64,000 bases of DNA from Basidiobolus meristosporus CBS 931.73. Its lineage: Eukaryota; Fungi; Basidiobolomycota. Of the stretch, positions 50,561-63,085 are shown piece after piece. Both the position numbers and the translations under genes were made by a program. The stretch is from assembly GCA_002104905.1 (NCBI GenBank), contig MCFE01000147.1, forward strand, positions 62,001 through 126,000, read 5' to 3'. The stretch's first letter is position 1. The number at the start of each line of letters is the position of its first letter. The notes beneath the pieces are model-generated. The model saw nothing but the letters and a program-made list of their open reading frames with translations, did not search any database and was not told where the DNA came from.

Positions 50561-51592
50561 AGGCGATGTCGAACTCCAGAGCTGGACCGCCCCCCACCAC
50601 ACCGGACACCAGCTCGCTTCACCAGCATTCCCACACCCACGCCACGCCCACGCCCAACCCCACCCGCACCCGCACCACCACCCTCTGAACGAGATCGCCA
50701 CCACGTCCAGCCCCGGAGGCAGCAATTCCCAACGAAACAAGCGGCAGAAGTTCTCCACGGACGAGACGTATTTTCTGCTGACTGCGCTGAAGGATGTGCT
50801 CAGTCTGTACCCTACCACCACCCGGAACAAGGAGCAAGTTGGTTGGAAGGTGATCCACGAGATGTTCACCCAGAAATTCCCCGACAAACCGGCCACCGTG
50901 GACCAGCTATACTACAAGTAAGTGACCATTCTACCCCCTCTCCCCCAAAGGTCGACACTCCGGCGGGAACCCGCCGGAGACCCGGACGCGCGGGCTGATC
51001 CCCGGCCAGTCGCCACCCCATCCCGCGAGCCCACCTTTGCGTAGGATTGATTGTCAACGAGCAGTGGGCTAATCGAGCGTTTAGATTCAAGAACCTGCGA
51101 TCCGCGGTCAACGCATACCGACGATCCAGGCCGGCCCACATACAATACGACCTACCGATCGAGAAGCCGAAGTACTGCGACCTGGTGCTGTCGATCATCG
51201 AGAACGAGACCCCGGAAAGATCCAGCACGGAGGACTCCCTGGACCCCGCGATGGTGGACAAACTGGTGGACCAGCGGATACGGTTTCGGGAGGAGGCGGA
51301 GAAGCAGCTGGCGGAGCTGCAGGCGGCCAAACGTAAGGTCTCCGACGACGGGGCCCACCTCGACTCCCCCGCCGCCAAACAGCTCAAGAAGGACTGGCAG
51401 GGAAGGCTGATGGACCTGCTCGAGGAAAGCCACCATCTGCAACACGAGAGCCTCGCCCTCCAGAAACAGTACCTGAAGGTGACCCAGGAGAGTCTGCGGC
51501 TTCAGCAGGAATGCGTGGCCGAGCTGAAGAAGGAGAACTCCCGCGGGAATGAGTTGCTCGAGAGGTTGATCGATGCTTTTCTCAAGAAGTGA
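50561..51592 (+). CDS. Myb/SANT (trihelix)-like DNA-binding protein with His-Pro tract and C-terminal coiled coil; 5' exon(s) unresolved
   Basis: Exon 50561-50917 (KFSTDETYFLLTALKD..WKVIHEMF..TVDQLYYK), intron 50918-51084 (GTAAGT..CTAAT..TTAG), exon 51085-51592 (FKNLRSAVNAY..coiled coil); acceptor at 50560, probable donor at 50410. Confidence 0.7.
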
Positions 51593-52220
51593 TCTTCGCC
51601 TCTTCATCGCATACACGCCGGTCCCTCCCCTCTCTTCCCCGCATTCTGGCTGCCGATATTTACCCACCGCGCCCCCCCCTCCTTCCGACCTTATCACCTA
51701 GGCTCATACCCATCTCCCACTCCACTCCCTCACCGTTCACACCACCTCCCACTGCCTTATTTAATCGATGAGTTTCTTCTGCCCATTTAAATGTCAGGTG
51801 TACATAGACTAATGCTTACTAGAGATGTAGTGTAGTGACGGATCCCTTACCACCACCTCCCCTCCCGCCCCAACCGAATAAACCCGTTCCCCAATGTCCA
51901 GTTCGGCAAGGATTCGATCAACGTTCTGGCAAATGATTCTATTCACTTCGGTTTGTTACATATGGTGTGTTGAGGGGGTGGCGTGTCCACGGGGGGAAAC
52001 GATGGAGAGGAGTGAAAGGGGGCAAGGCAAGGATATATGTATAGAATATTCGTAAGGAAAGTATATACCATGGTGAATGCTGATCGGCAAAAAAGAATAA
52101 TGAAACAAAAATGGTGGTTCTCTCCTTTCCGCTAGGAAATTACATAGATGGTGGGAGTAGGAGTGGGTGGTGGGTGGTGGGGGGTTGCAAGCGGCTGACG
52201 GCGACCCATGGGCCTGGGGC

Positions 52221-53408
52221 TTAGAGGGAGATTGCGGTGGGTCTCGCGTCGCCATGTCGGCTGGTATCTGCGGTGATGGTGCCACGGTTGGGTGAGCAGC
52301 ACAACAAGGCTAGAGCTTCCAGAGCTATTTTCTTGTCGTTGGGCATCTGCTCCTCCACGTTTCCAATGTCCTCCAGGGCCTTCTTCATCGGCGTGTGAGA
52401 CTCGAGGGAGGAGTTGGCGGGCTTACGTTTCGGCGTCAGGTCCATCTGAGCCCAGTTTTCGTCGTCCGTATCTTCGTCGTCATCCGGTGGCGCGGCTTTC
52501 GGCGTGGTATTGGGTAGGATGTCCACTGGCCTGTTCCACGTCCGTGGTGTGGAGGGGGTCACCGGCGTGGGTGGAAGGGAGAAGTTGGAAGAGTCCGTCC
52601 CTGCATTCACCCGTTTCGACGGGGTCAGCGGGACTAGTTGTTCTAACGGGAACCGAGGGATTTTCTTCTTCAGAGAGAGTCTGTTCGGACCAAGTGATTT
52701 CCAATCCTCATCCTCAGTATCCGAGTCGTGGCGGTCGTTCATGAACACGTCAGTGATCCCAGATTGTGAGCGGATGGGGCTGAATCCAGATGATGCCACA
52801 GATGGAAGGATCTTGATTGTATGCTCCCTTAGCTTGCGTGGTGTTCGTCGAGCGTTCTGGGGGGACGGTGTAGGGGAGGAAGGAAGTAGAGGGGCAAGCT
52901 TTGGTGGACCAAAAGGATCCCCAGCAGGCAAAATCTGACGATTGCTTGGCATCAAAGGTCTTGCGTTTGGTGTTGTCTCTCTGATGGGAGAGAAAGGATA
53001 GGCGGTAGGCATCTTGAATGTGTGCTGGTCCAGGTCCATTCCGGGCTGACTTGGTTTAGGTATTCCGCCCTGCGGAGAGGTATCTTCCGAGGTCTCCTCC
53101 AAAGTCCAACTATCGTTGTCGCCCAGGGACTTGAAGCAGTCACTGTTTCTCAAAGCTTCGCTAATGTTTTGAAGAACACTCTCCGGGTTTTCGGTTCTAA
53201 AATAGGGAAAACTCTCGATGACTCTGCCATAGATCTCTCGTACGTGAAAGGTCAAGGTAGCTTTGGGGCGAAGGGTGACGGCCTTCCGGATGATCTGTTC
53301 CCAAGACTCTTTGGGTTTTTTTAGCTTGAACTTGGGTGGGGTTCCCAGCTCTTTTTGGAAGAGGTTAGAGGGGAAGTCGGGATTTCTTACTGGAGTGCTT
53401 GAAGACAT
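52221..53408 (-). CDS. Forkhead/winged-helix-like protein with long Ser/Pro/Thr-rich C-terminus
   Basis: KPKESWEQIIRKAV..LTFHVREIYGRVIESFPYFR..CFKSL..W matches the forkhead pattern; 407-codon ORF, ATG at 53408. Confidence 0.7.
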   Translation of the reverse strand: MSSSTPVRNPDFPSNLFQKELGTPPKFKLKKPKESWEQIIRKAVTLRPKATLTFHVREIYGRVIESFPYFRTENPESVLQNISEALRNSDCFKSLGDNDSWTLEETSEDTSPQGGIPKPSQPGMDLDQHTFKMPTAYPFSPIRETTPNARPLMPSNRQILPAGDPFGPPKLAPLLPSSPTPSPQNARRTPRKLREHTIKILPSVASSGFSPIRSQSGITDVFMNDRHDSDTEDEDWKSLGPNRLSLKKKIPRFPLEQLVPLTPSKRVNAGTDSSNFSLPPTPVTPSTPRTWNRPVDILPNTTPKAAPPDDDEDTDDENWAQMDLTPKRKPANSSLESHTPMKKALEDIGNVEEQMPNDKKIALEALALLCCSPNRGTITADTSRHGDARPTAISL

Positions 53409-54057
53409 GGCCACTGACAAGTAAGGAAGTTTGAGTTGACACAAAGATCCCGAAGAGGTGACAAATTCAAGGAATATGAGAGGTCAAGAGGGATGGATTG
53501 ACTTGTTCGATGGACAAAAGTAAGTTCAAAATGGAAATGGAAATAGGAAGCAACAATAGAGAAGTATTTTCAATCGGTTAGGGGAAATAATTGACGGGGG
53601 TTCAAGTCATCTATTGAGTACTCGCTGGTAAACAAAGCACGCTGTCCAATCAGATCGACTGCGCTGGTAAAAAAAACCAAATAGAATTATAGATGAGAGT
53701 CAGTATTGGGGAGAGATCCTATTATAATAGTCACTTGGTGTTTACACTTGATCATTCGCCCATACGGTGACTTTCCTCATGGTCGCACGTGACGCGGGAT
53801 GTTTTTAATTGGACTGTGTCTGATGTTCATTCTCGTCAACCACCCCTGCCATCTGGAAATACTCCACTAACATAAGCATAGGTTGTGTAATAAATATTGC
53901 CTATGGAATGTTTGTACATCAAGCATACATTCCACACATCTTCACATTGTATTGTAGTTAGACACACATTATGCACTGCATTGGGTGGAAATTCGAGTTT
54001 CAGAGGCAGTGGCGTTGTCGCCCAAAATATGCGAATTGGGGGGGGGGTTAGAAGTTA

Positions 54058-54127
54058 CTTAAATTTAGCCGGATTTGTCCTAGTTGAACTAGCTTAAATT
54101 TAGCTGGATTTGTCTAAGTTAAACTAG
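54058..54127. repeat. 35-bp direct tandem duplication upstream of Sec61-beta
   Basis: CTTAAATTTAGC(C/T)GGATTTGTC..AGTT(G/A)AACTAG twice. Confidence 0.75.
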
Positions 54128-54269
54128 CTGGGGCCTCCCAATCAGGATGGGCCACATCCAAGTGTTGGTCAGTTCGAGTTCATAAAATATACCCCGAGTA
54201 GCATAACGCTATTGTGGTTAAATATTCCTCGAGAGCATTAACGCACACTTGCTAAATATCACAACCAAC

Positions 54270-54688
54270 ATGGTCGGTAGCAAGTTTCTGCTTCCTTTTA
54301 TTCCATCATACTAATCATGGTTTCCCTCACTATGTCCGCCACACCCACAGTCCGGTTCATCCTCTCCTGGTCGTAACCTCAGGTACAGATATGGTTGTCT
54401 CTATTCGTTTGTATGTCTACTAAATATAAGCAAACCGAACAGAAGTCGCGCTGGTGCCTCCAAGGCCGGTGGCTCACGTGGTGGAGCAGGCGCCGCCAAC
54501 ATGACCCGTTTATATAGCAGCGAAGCACCTGGGCTAAGAGTGTAAGTTGCACCCTCCTTCGGTGGTATGTCAGCCATGCCTAACCTCCATCTTTGTTTAG
54601 CGACCCAGTTGTCGTTCTCGTACTTTCGCTCGTATTCATTGCTTCCGTGTTTGCTCTTCACATTTACGGCAAGCTTACCCGTGGTTAA
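54270..54688 (+). CDS. SBH1: Sec61 translocon beta subunit (4 exons: 54270-54272, 54351-54382, 54443-54541, 54601-54688)
   Basis: Spliced product [73 protein letters not shown]; all introns GT-AG. Confidence 0.92.
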
Positions 54689-55012
54689 GCAATACACCCC
54701 CTTTCCTACTTCACACCCAAGCGACGCTCCCGTCCCGAATATTCTGTTCATGACCTCAGGCGTGTATTCACCCCCTTGACGCCACATGCACTTCAAATCC
54801 CTTTAAATGAAATACTGTTTATAAAGCATGCTTGTAGCAGATGCAGAAGTGGTTATAGATTGCAGGGAGAAGTGTGTGAGCCAACGTACACAAATGGAGA
54901 GGGAGGTTAGCCAAAGCCATGCAGTATTGTTAATACATAGATAGCTATTCAAAAGCGAAAGGGGGTATAAATCCAGAGGAAGAGATAGTTATGGTACAGA
55001 CGCAACAGGCGG

Positions 55013-56442
55013 CTACAACAATACCACCACTAAAGACAGGAACAACAACGCGATGGCGTCGAATTGCCAAGGAGTAAGCCCTGGGCCAGAGTTGTCAGAC
55101 TCGGCAAATAGTTTCAAAGGTTGAAGGAGACGAGTGAGGTTGTGGTTAGTGTGGTAAGTACCAAGGAGCTCCTTGGAGGTCTTCAGGTAATCCGGGTTTT
55201 GGTACACGAGGAATGCGGATTGCAATATCCGAGCGTACAGTACGGTGGAGTTAAATCCGTCAAGATTCGCGTACGGCCAAGACTGGGGATTGCGTGCGTA
55301 CGGAAGGAGGTAATCCACCGCTTTTCGGATACTTCTTCCATCGGGGGTTTGGAAATGGTAGAGATCCACTCCCACGCGGGCCGACAGTGCTGAGAGTAGG
55401 AAGAGCCCGTTTAGGTTGAAGATGGAATAGAACCAGGACGCTGCTCTGGCGGTTTCATGTGGTTGTGAGCCGTCCAATGCGATTTGGGCCGCGATACGCG
55501 CACTCGAGGCGTTCTGAGCTACTTTCAACGCCAGGTCGGTGCGTTTTAAAAACAGAGCGATCCCCATGTATTGGACATCGAAGTAGGTTCCTATTGGATC
55601 AGAGTTAGCGCTAGTCTAGTGGATTAACAGCTCAGAGGGCACCAACCGTGGTTGTTGATGGAGTTTCTCTCATCTATACTGTGCTGACTCGTATCAAGCC
55701 ACTCGAGGTATTTGGTGAACCAGTCCTGCAATCCCTCGGTGTCACTCTGAAGCCAGTATCTCGACCTCTGGAGGAATGGGAGCACGTCAAACAGGTCGTT
55801 CACGACGCTGAAATCGATGAGACCTTGCCTACGCCCTTCACTTGCCCCTTTGATAAACGAGGCAAAGTGGAGATGAGGATTCATTCGAGTTGAGTCGTCC
55901 AGAAACCATGTTCGTATGCGAGAGATTGCTTTGAGTGCATAGGTTTCGTTCTCGAAGAAGTAATATCCAAGGCCCAGGATCTGTACCTCACGAACCTAAG
56001 GAATGTCTAAGTCTTGGGAGAGAGGGGTGATAGATCCGCGAATACTGACCAGTGAGCGGAATACTTTGTAGTCAGGAACAGTAGTAATCTCAGGGTTGAC
56101 ATGGCCATCGCGACGAATGTAGGGTAGCCCATTTGCGGTGCTATTGTTTGGCCAGAAGTATCTTGCCAAAGAGAGGTAGTCATGAGGGTTACTGCTAGGA
56201 GCCAGCTGTGCTTTGCTTGTTACGGTGTAGGGGGTGGCATTACGGGTGGCTTTTTCCGAAAGTCTCTTGAGGGTGTAGAAGGAATCCTGTAGGCCTCTGT
56301 CATAATTTAACATATGCTGTTTATTCTCAGCAAGGATCTGCGCATTGAGGGTCATGAAATCAAAAGTGTCGACACTGGCGGCTGTTCCGAGAGACAGCAG
56401 GGAGTAAATCACGTATACTCCATAGTAGATGATGGATCGCAT
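55013..56442 (-). CDS. Alginate lyase family protein (PF05426-like), secreted, hydrophobic C-terminus; 3 exons
   Basis: HDYLSLARYFWP..GLPYIRRDG..NPE, WF...TRMNPHL, NNHG-TYFD, QPHE..R..SWFYS.FNL motifs; signal-peptide-like N-terminus; two GT-AG introns. Confidence 0.85.
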
Positions 56443-57202
56443 GGCTAAAGCTAGGTTTCGCCTAATCCCGCTCACGTTCGGTGGTTTATATGGGATTGAG
56501 AGCTGCGTAAGGTCGAGCTTGCCAAACAAAGCGACCCATAGTCAGGAAACAGAATGCTCGCAAGATCAGTAGTAAACAAGACGCAAACTCTAGTCAACTA
56601 TGCCAACTATCCTAACAACCACTATTATGCAATGCACTCCTTATGATGAGTATGGAGAGCAGTAACAAACCAACTACTGCACTTCCAAATAGAATTCAAG
56701 GGATCGGTGGTTTGACAGCTACCTTGCTCACCTACGCAGCCTTCTCTAATAGGCGGTGTTATCCAAGCTACGGATTGTCAACTTCACAGCCTTATCCTTG
56801 CCAACTACACAGCCTTATCCAAGCTACAGATAGTCAGCCACATAGCCTTATCCAAGCTACTGCTACATAGAGATCAACCCTAGTGGAGAATATTGCCAGG
56901 TTGCTGACCGGAGATTTAATATGGCTTCAGTCATATGATTCGTGTCGATTGGGTTACCCAACAATCATTAAGCTTCATTCTGTGCGATACAAATAATCCA
57001 TTGCCTGACCTTTGGAGTACACAAAGAGACGCTGCACCTCCAAATAGACCACACATCCGGTTTCGATTCGATGCCAGGATGTCAGGGAAATTGGTGGCCA
57101 CGTGGGGATGCATGCTCCCTCCGCCACGGTGGACTTCATAAAATCACTCCCGCTGCCCCCACGGAGACCTCACCACACTGATCATCCGACCCACTACACA
57201 TC

Positions 57203-58203
<1,001 letters not shown>

Positions 58204-58763
58204 CCGCCTCTACGGCTCAGATTCCCAATGGTGAAGGGATGTTGATAATGTAATTTTACTTCTAAATATCTACGTATGAATCATATCTATATCCAAACCC
58301 TATCCCCCTTGGCGGAGTTATTTTGTATAAAGTTGGATTAAAGCCCCGATTGGTGATTTACTCGTCGCAACATCTGACTGCTTTTAGTACAAATGATAAA
58401 ATTTTCACAAACGGGGGAAACCAGTCAGGTCACCTGATTTATTGGTCGAGAGGTAGTGGCGGCGGCGAGGTGCGGGTGAGAAGGGTAAGAAAACGGGAAA
58501 AATGGGGAAAATGGGGAAAATGACCGGCAACGGGAAAACCAGGAAAACTCATTCAATAGACAAATGGACACTCGAGTCAGTGGGGGGGGGGAATGGTTCA
58601 CAACCAGGGTGAATCATCATATGTACATGGACATCACCGTACAAAATCGTTCGTCACCGCAACTACCTATCACACATGTGGAGAAGCGTTTCTGGGGAGC
58701 AGGGCAATGGATACGGTATATAGCTCGCTACGGGTCAAGAAAAAGAGGTGGGCCAGCGGGGGT

Positions 58764-60507
58764 TTAGGGGATCCGGGAAACTATAAACATTCTTAGACAA
58801 TCATTAAATATATGGGACCAGTCCGCTTTGTAAGTGTTGTAATAAACGCTGCTTGCGCCCCCGTGGGATAATGTTGCAAGCATGGTGAATTCGAAGTGAG
58901 CTAACATGTTGCCGACGACGGTTAGCTGGGGGTTACGGGCTAATTTAGAATACACCAACTTACATCTCTGCTCACTTTCACCGTCTTCGTGTTGTCGGCT
59001 GCGTTTCGTCTGATTTCCTTGCTCTTCACCGTACATACGATCGTTCACTACACCAAGAGCAACCCAGACTATCGCTGCACTTGGTACACAGCACTTTGGT
59101 GATACGGGTGGCTGCGTACTCACCACAATGTGAGCAGCTTCCAGCAGTAAATGAATCAAAGGAGGGCGATCCAGTAAACGGAGAAGAAACATTCGAGTAT
59201 GAAGTCAAGGAGGAACTATTGGTAGAGGGTGTGTTTGGTGTGTTTGAGGAGGTTTGGATGGAGGCGTTCCAATGCTTCGTAATTTTCATAGCACTCACGG
59301 AGCCACTTTTGGATTTACTGGGTTTGGGATTCTTCGGGGTGGAAATCGGTGACCTGCTCTAAATGACAAAAGAGATGCAATGAGGGTTTGATGAGACTCA
59401 TGCGGGCAAAAAAACAGGCGATTGGTGGTTACTTTTTTTCGTGGGGTGGGTTTTTCTTTCTTGTCTCGATGGTGGTCTGTTGGAACAGGCTCCCTAGTAG
59501 GTTTCGGCACAGGTTTCTCCAAGGTTACCTCGCTTGGTAGAAAACTTAACGAGCTTTCAAAGGCTTCCTCCTTGATTTCAAAACTCTTCGTAGAAATGGT
59601 GCCCGTAAGATTACTCTGTAGAGTCAAGAGCTGCTCAGGGGTGGTCCCAAGTTCAGTCAAGGGCAGAACAGAGGCATTTGTATATCGTTCCTCATCACGC
59701 ACCCATGTGAAGGTAGGGGGAACGATGCCAGTCTCCCAGTAGAGCGTAGCCAACATAACCGCCTTGTCTTTCAGAAAGGCGTCGGCATTAGCGCCTCGAA
59801 GGTAATCCGTATAGGGAGGTAGTACTGGGGAAAAAGAAACAGCTTCGGTTTCGGGCACGATCGAGCTAGAAGAAAGGTGGATTAGCGGGGAGGTCACGTG
59901 GCAGGACAGGAAACCAACCAAAGGAAAAGGAGACAACATACAAAGACCCATCTTCAAAATAACAAACGAGATGTTCCCCTTTCTTGGGCTCCTGTATATC
60001 ATTCTCCATGGTTTGTTTGAACGCTTCGATTTCACGTTCGGGTACAATCTACGATCAGGATCGCAAAATGAGCGGGAATTTAGTTAGACGCCAGGCGAAG
60101 TACCTGAACAAGCACATGAAAGCGTACCATCGCAGGCCACCAATAAGGAGCAGTTGGCTCGTCAGGATCTACAAACACAACCTTACGCTTTGGGAAAGCG
60201 CGCTTTCGACTGTGAACCAAGCCAGCATCGAACTCGTAGCCAGAATTCTTCTTGGGGCCGTTGTGGGTGGAGCTGAAACTGGATTTTCTTGAGCGAGACA
60301 CGGACGTCATGTTTTCATTGACTACTTTCTCAGTGAAAATAAGAGGGAAAGTGGTCTCTCTAGACAGGGAGGTTATTTTGAAGCGACAAAAAAGACTGGA
60401 TTCTATTTTTACCAGCGGTACTGGCTTATCCCTATCACGATGTCTGGATTCCCTCCAAATGTATTGGATCCGTGGCTCAATTTGGGCGAATTTTCGAAAT
60501 TTCTCAT
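58764..60507 (-). CDS. PWWP/Tudor-like domain protein with Cys-rich C-terminal segment (multi-exon, boundaries approximate)
   Basis: KVVFVDPDEPTAPYWWPAM followed by an intron, then helical F..D.AV..A..Y..TG.VP..F.W; CxxxA..CxxC..CxxC near 59050-59110. Confidence 0.5.
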
Positions 60508-60629
60508 GTTAGTTGACGCTGCGTGACTTGGTATCTGGTGGGGTTGGAATGGAGAAAAGAATTCCGCTGAATACCATTGGTGCAAGGTCAAGTGAGTTTT
60601 AGATCTTTATGTATATATGTGTACTATGG

Positions 60630-60657
60630 CTAGGGCTAGGTTAGGCTAGGGTTAGGG
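60630..60657. repeat. Short degenerate telomere-like (TTAGGG/CTAGGG) tract
   Basis: CTAGGG CTAGG TTAGG CTAGGG TTAGGG. Confidence 0.6.
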
Positions 60658-60735
60658 CTGAGCGTGCCTTGTTAAAGAACATACTGTTGAATGCAACACG
60701 CGCATTATCAAATACATGGACAACATCTCTAATTT

Positions 60736-62685
60736 CTATCTCATACTCTGCGGGATTTTTCTTGGGTCGATGAGCAGACCAAAGTCCAGCGTGACTTCCT
60801 CTAACGCTTGCTGTCCTTCGACGATATACTCATCGTCCGACTCGGGCTGCAGCTCGAACTTCCTGGCCGAAATCCCGTCCCATTCCCCTTGGTTGACCTG
60901 TAGTGCGTCGGGGGTCAGCTTCAGGGTGATTGAGTTTGACGAATGGTCAAATGACAAAACAGTGGCTTCTTTGTAGTCGGATATCTCGGGAGTATAAGAC
61001 GCTGTCATCTCCAGGATTTTGTACGCGATCAGATCACCGGCTCTTGGGCTAAGTAGAGGCTCCATGATGCTATAGTTGCGAGGTCCATTGTCCGGCAGAA
61101 CAGCCACTACTGGCTGATCGTTGGAGATTTGATACACTGGCGCAAGGAGGGGTTTCTTGAGAAGAAGGTTCTTTTTTTAGTGGTGATTCCTGGGAAGAGG
61201 GCTCTCTCTGTAGAGGTGTTCTTGGTGTCTTCTTTCGGTTCTTGCGACTCGATTGATTCCCGTTGAATCCTAGCTCCACAGTGCTATGATACACCCGAGG
61301 GGGGGAAAGCACGACAGGCTGAGAGGAATCATTTTGAGGAGTGGCGGTGACACCTGAATCCACGTATTGTGCGATATCACCACTCTCCGCACCCGCCCCG
61401 GCCTCCATCTCCACCTCCACCGGTTGCTCGAATCTGAAATGTTGACGTGAAGTATTGAGCATTTCCTTTAAGAAACCTTTCTTTTTGTTCTTGACCAAGG
61501 ATGCTGATGGGTTTGCATAGAACTCGGGTGGTTCATCTAGGGGTGCCGTCTCGCTCGCTCTGTTTGGGTCTTGTTTCATCATATTGCGCTCCAAACTCCG
61601 CATCTGTCTCTTCTTTCTTTTACGAGCATTTCGAGATTGAGTCAAGGTCATACCGTCCGATAAGACACTATCCGACACTGGTGCACTCAAGATATTCAAT
61701 GTGGAGCTTAGGTCGCATATAGGTGTATCATTGATGACATGGGTGATTGAATCCATCTTCTCACAGGAGGTTCGAGGATACCAATCTCAGGTTTGAAGGG
61801 GAAGTCAGCAGATGCGATGGGCTTTTCCACTGCTTTAGATCTAAGCAAAGAGAAAAGGTGGCTCAGTGAAAACGCAAGGCAAACATGTCGATTCTCCCGC
61901 TCCTTACTCGGTTCCCTTCGGCTTGTCGTCTTTGCTGTTGGACTTCACCTTCTTGATCTTGTCTTTGACCTTTTCGAGCACCTTCTTGATTTTCTTCTCT
62001 TTCTTCTTGGGGCTCTTCGGAAGCTCCTCAACCTTGCGTCGTTTACGAGACTCAGACTTGCTCGACTTCTCGGATTTCACGGTGTCCTCACTCTTTCGCT
62101 TTGCCTTAGCATCTATCAGGTTGGATTGATTTAGCCTTCTGTACTAAACACTCGTTGAGATAAGAATGGGTTACCTTTGCAGCTGGGGGACGTGGTGGAG
62201 GTCTTGGATTTAGGGGATTTTTTGCCTACTGGGCTCGCCAGCTTGTCTACTGAATAACACAAACTGTTAAGATCGAGAAAGAAGAAAGTACTGAAAGTGT
62301 CGGCTTAGGCCACTCAATATACCTGGTGCAAGGTCTCTTTTTAGAGGCACTACTGACGAATTTAGATCCCGGGAACGAACACTGCAGTAGTGAAGAAAGA
62401 GTAAGTAAGACAGTGGTGTATGTGATAACGCTATTGACGCTTCAACCATAATAGATCGTTCTCCTTGATCAAGCCATTGACGCTCCCGCTTGGCAACAAC
62501 TCGTAACCATCTATCTCCAGTAAAAGGCTTTGCGGCTCGTGTTGGAGCTCAAAATCAGTGACCAGAAGGGACAGGAGCTCCTGTATACGAGCAGGGCGGA
62601 AAGGGTTTTGAGAGTTCTCGGCTGGGATCTCGTACCAACACCTCAGTGCCAGAAGGGAGGGATCGAAACTCAGACGAACTCGCAT
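60736..62685 (-). CDS. Coilin-like protein (Coilin_N domain, Lys/Arg-rich middle, C-terminal Tudor-like domain); multi-exon
   Basis: N-terminus MRVRLSF..W..IQELL..F.L..L.LEIDGYELLP..LIKEND; C-terminus P.AGDLIAYKILEM..SYTPEISDYKEATVLSFD. Confidence 0.7.
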
Positions 62686-63085
62686 CTTGCTGTTTACCTG
62701 GTACAAAGGTACATGATAATGATCGTAAAAATCATTCTAAAATGATCGAGGTTGAACATCAAGATGAAAACCCTCGATCACGTGACTGCCGTGACCGATA
62801 ACCTTATACGGATGCGGAGTTGACCATCGCTTGCAGAGTCCATGTGTGGTTTCGAAGAGACATTTAGAAGTCCTATCACATCTGCCCTAGTGGTTCCAGA
62901 GTTTTATTAGAGTAAAATTAGGGGCTTAGTGAGGAGGGGATGATAAAGTGGGTTCGCCACGGATTTTACCAAGCTGTAGCCCCCTGTTGCCTAAGGTGGA
63001 AATATTGAGTAGACACCCAGCAGCTCCCATAACCCTTTCTTCCTTCCCTTTGTTTCCCAGAGGAGCTCAACTAACCTTTCACCAG

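Noticed and set aside
51152-51697. 181-aa minus-strand ORF
   Set aside because: It is the antisense shadow of the GC-rich Myb-like exon.
54007-54050. CAGTGGCG...G-run as a hAT MITE end
   Set aside because: I found no matching inverted terminus or 8-bp TSD nearby.
54401-54796. 131-aa minus-strand ORF
   Set aside because: It is the antisense shadow of spliced Sec61-beta.
55013-56442. Bacterial contamination as the source of the lyase
   Set aside because: It has spliceosomal introns and is contiguous with Sec61-beta and Rab6.
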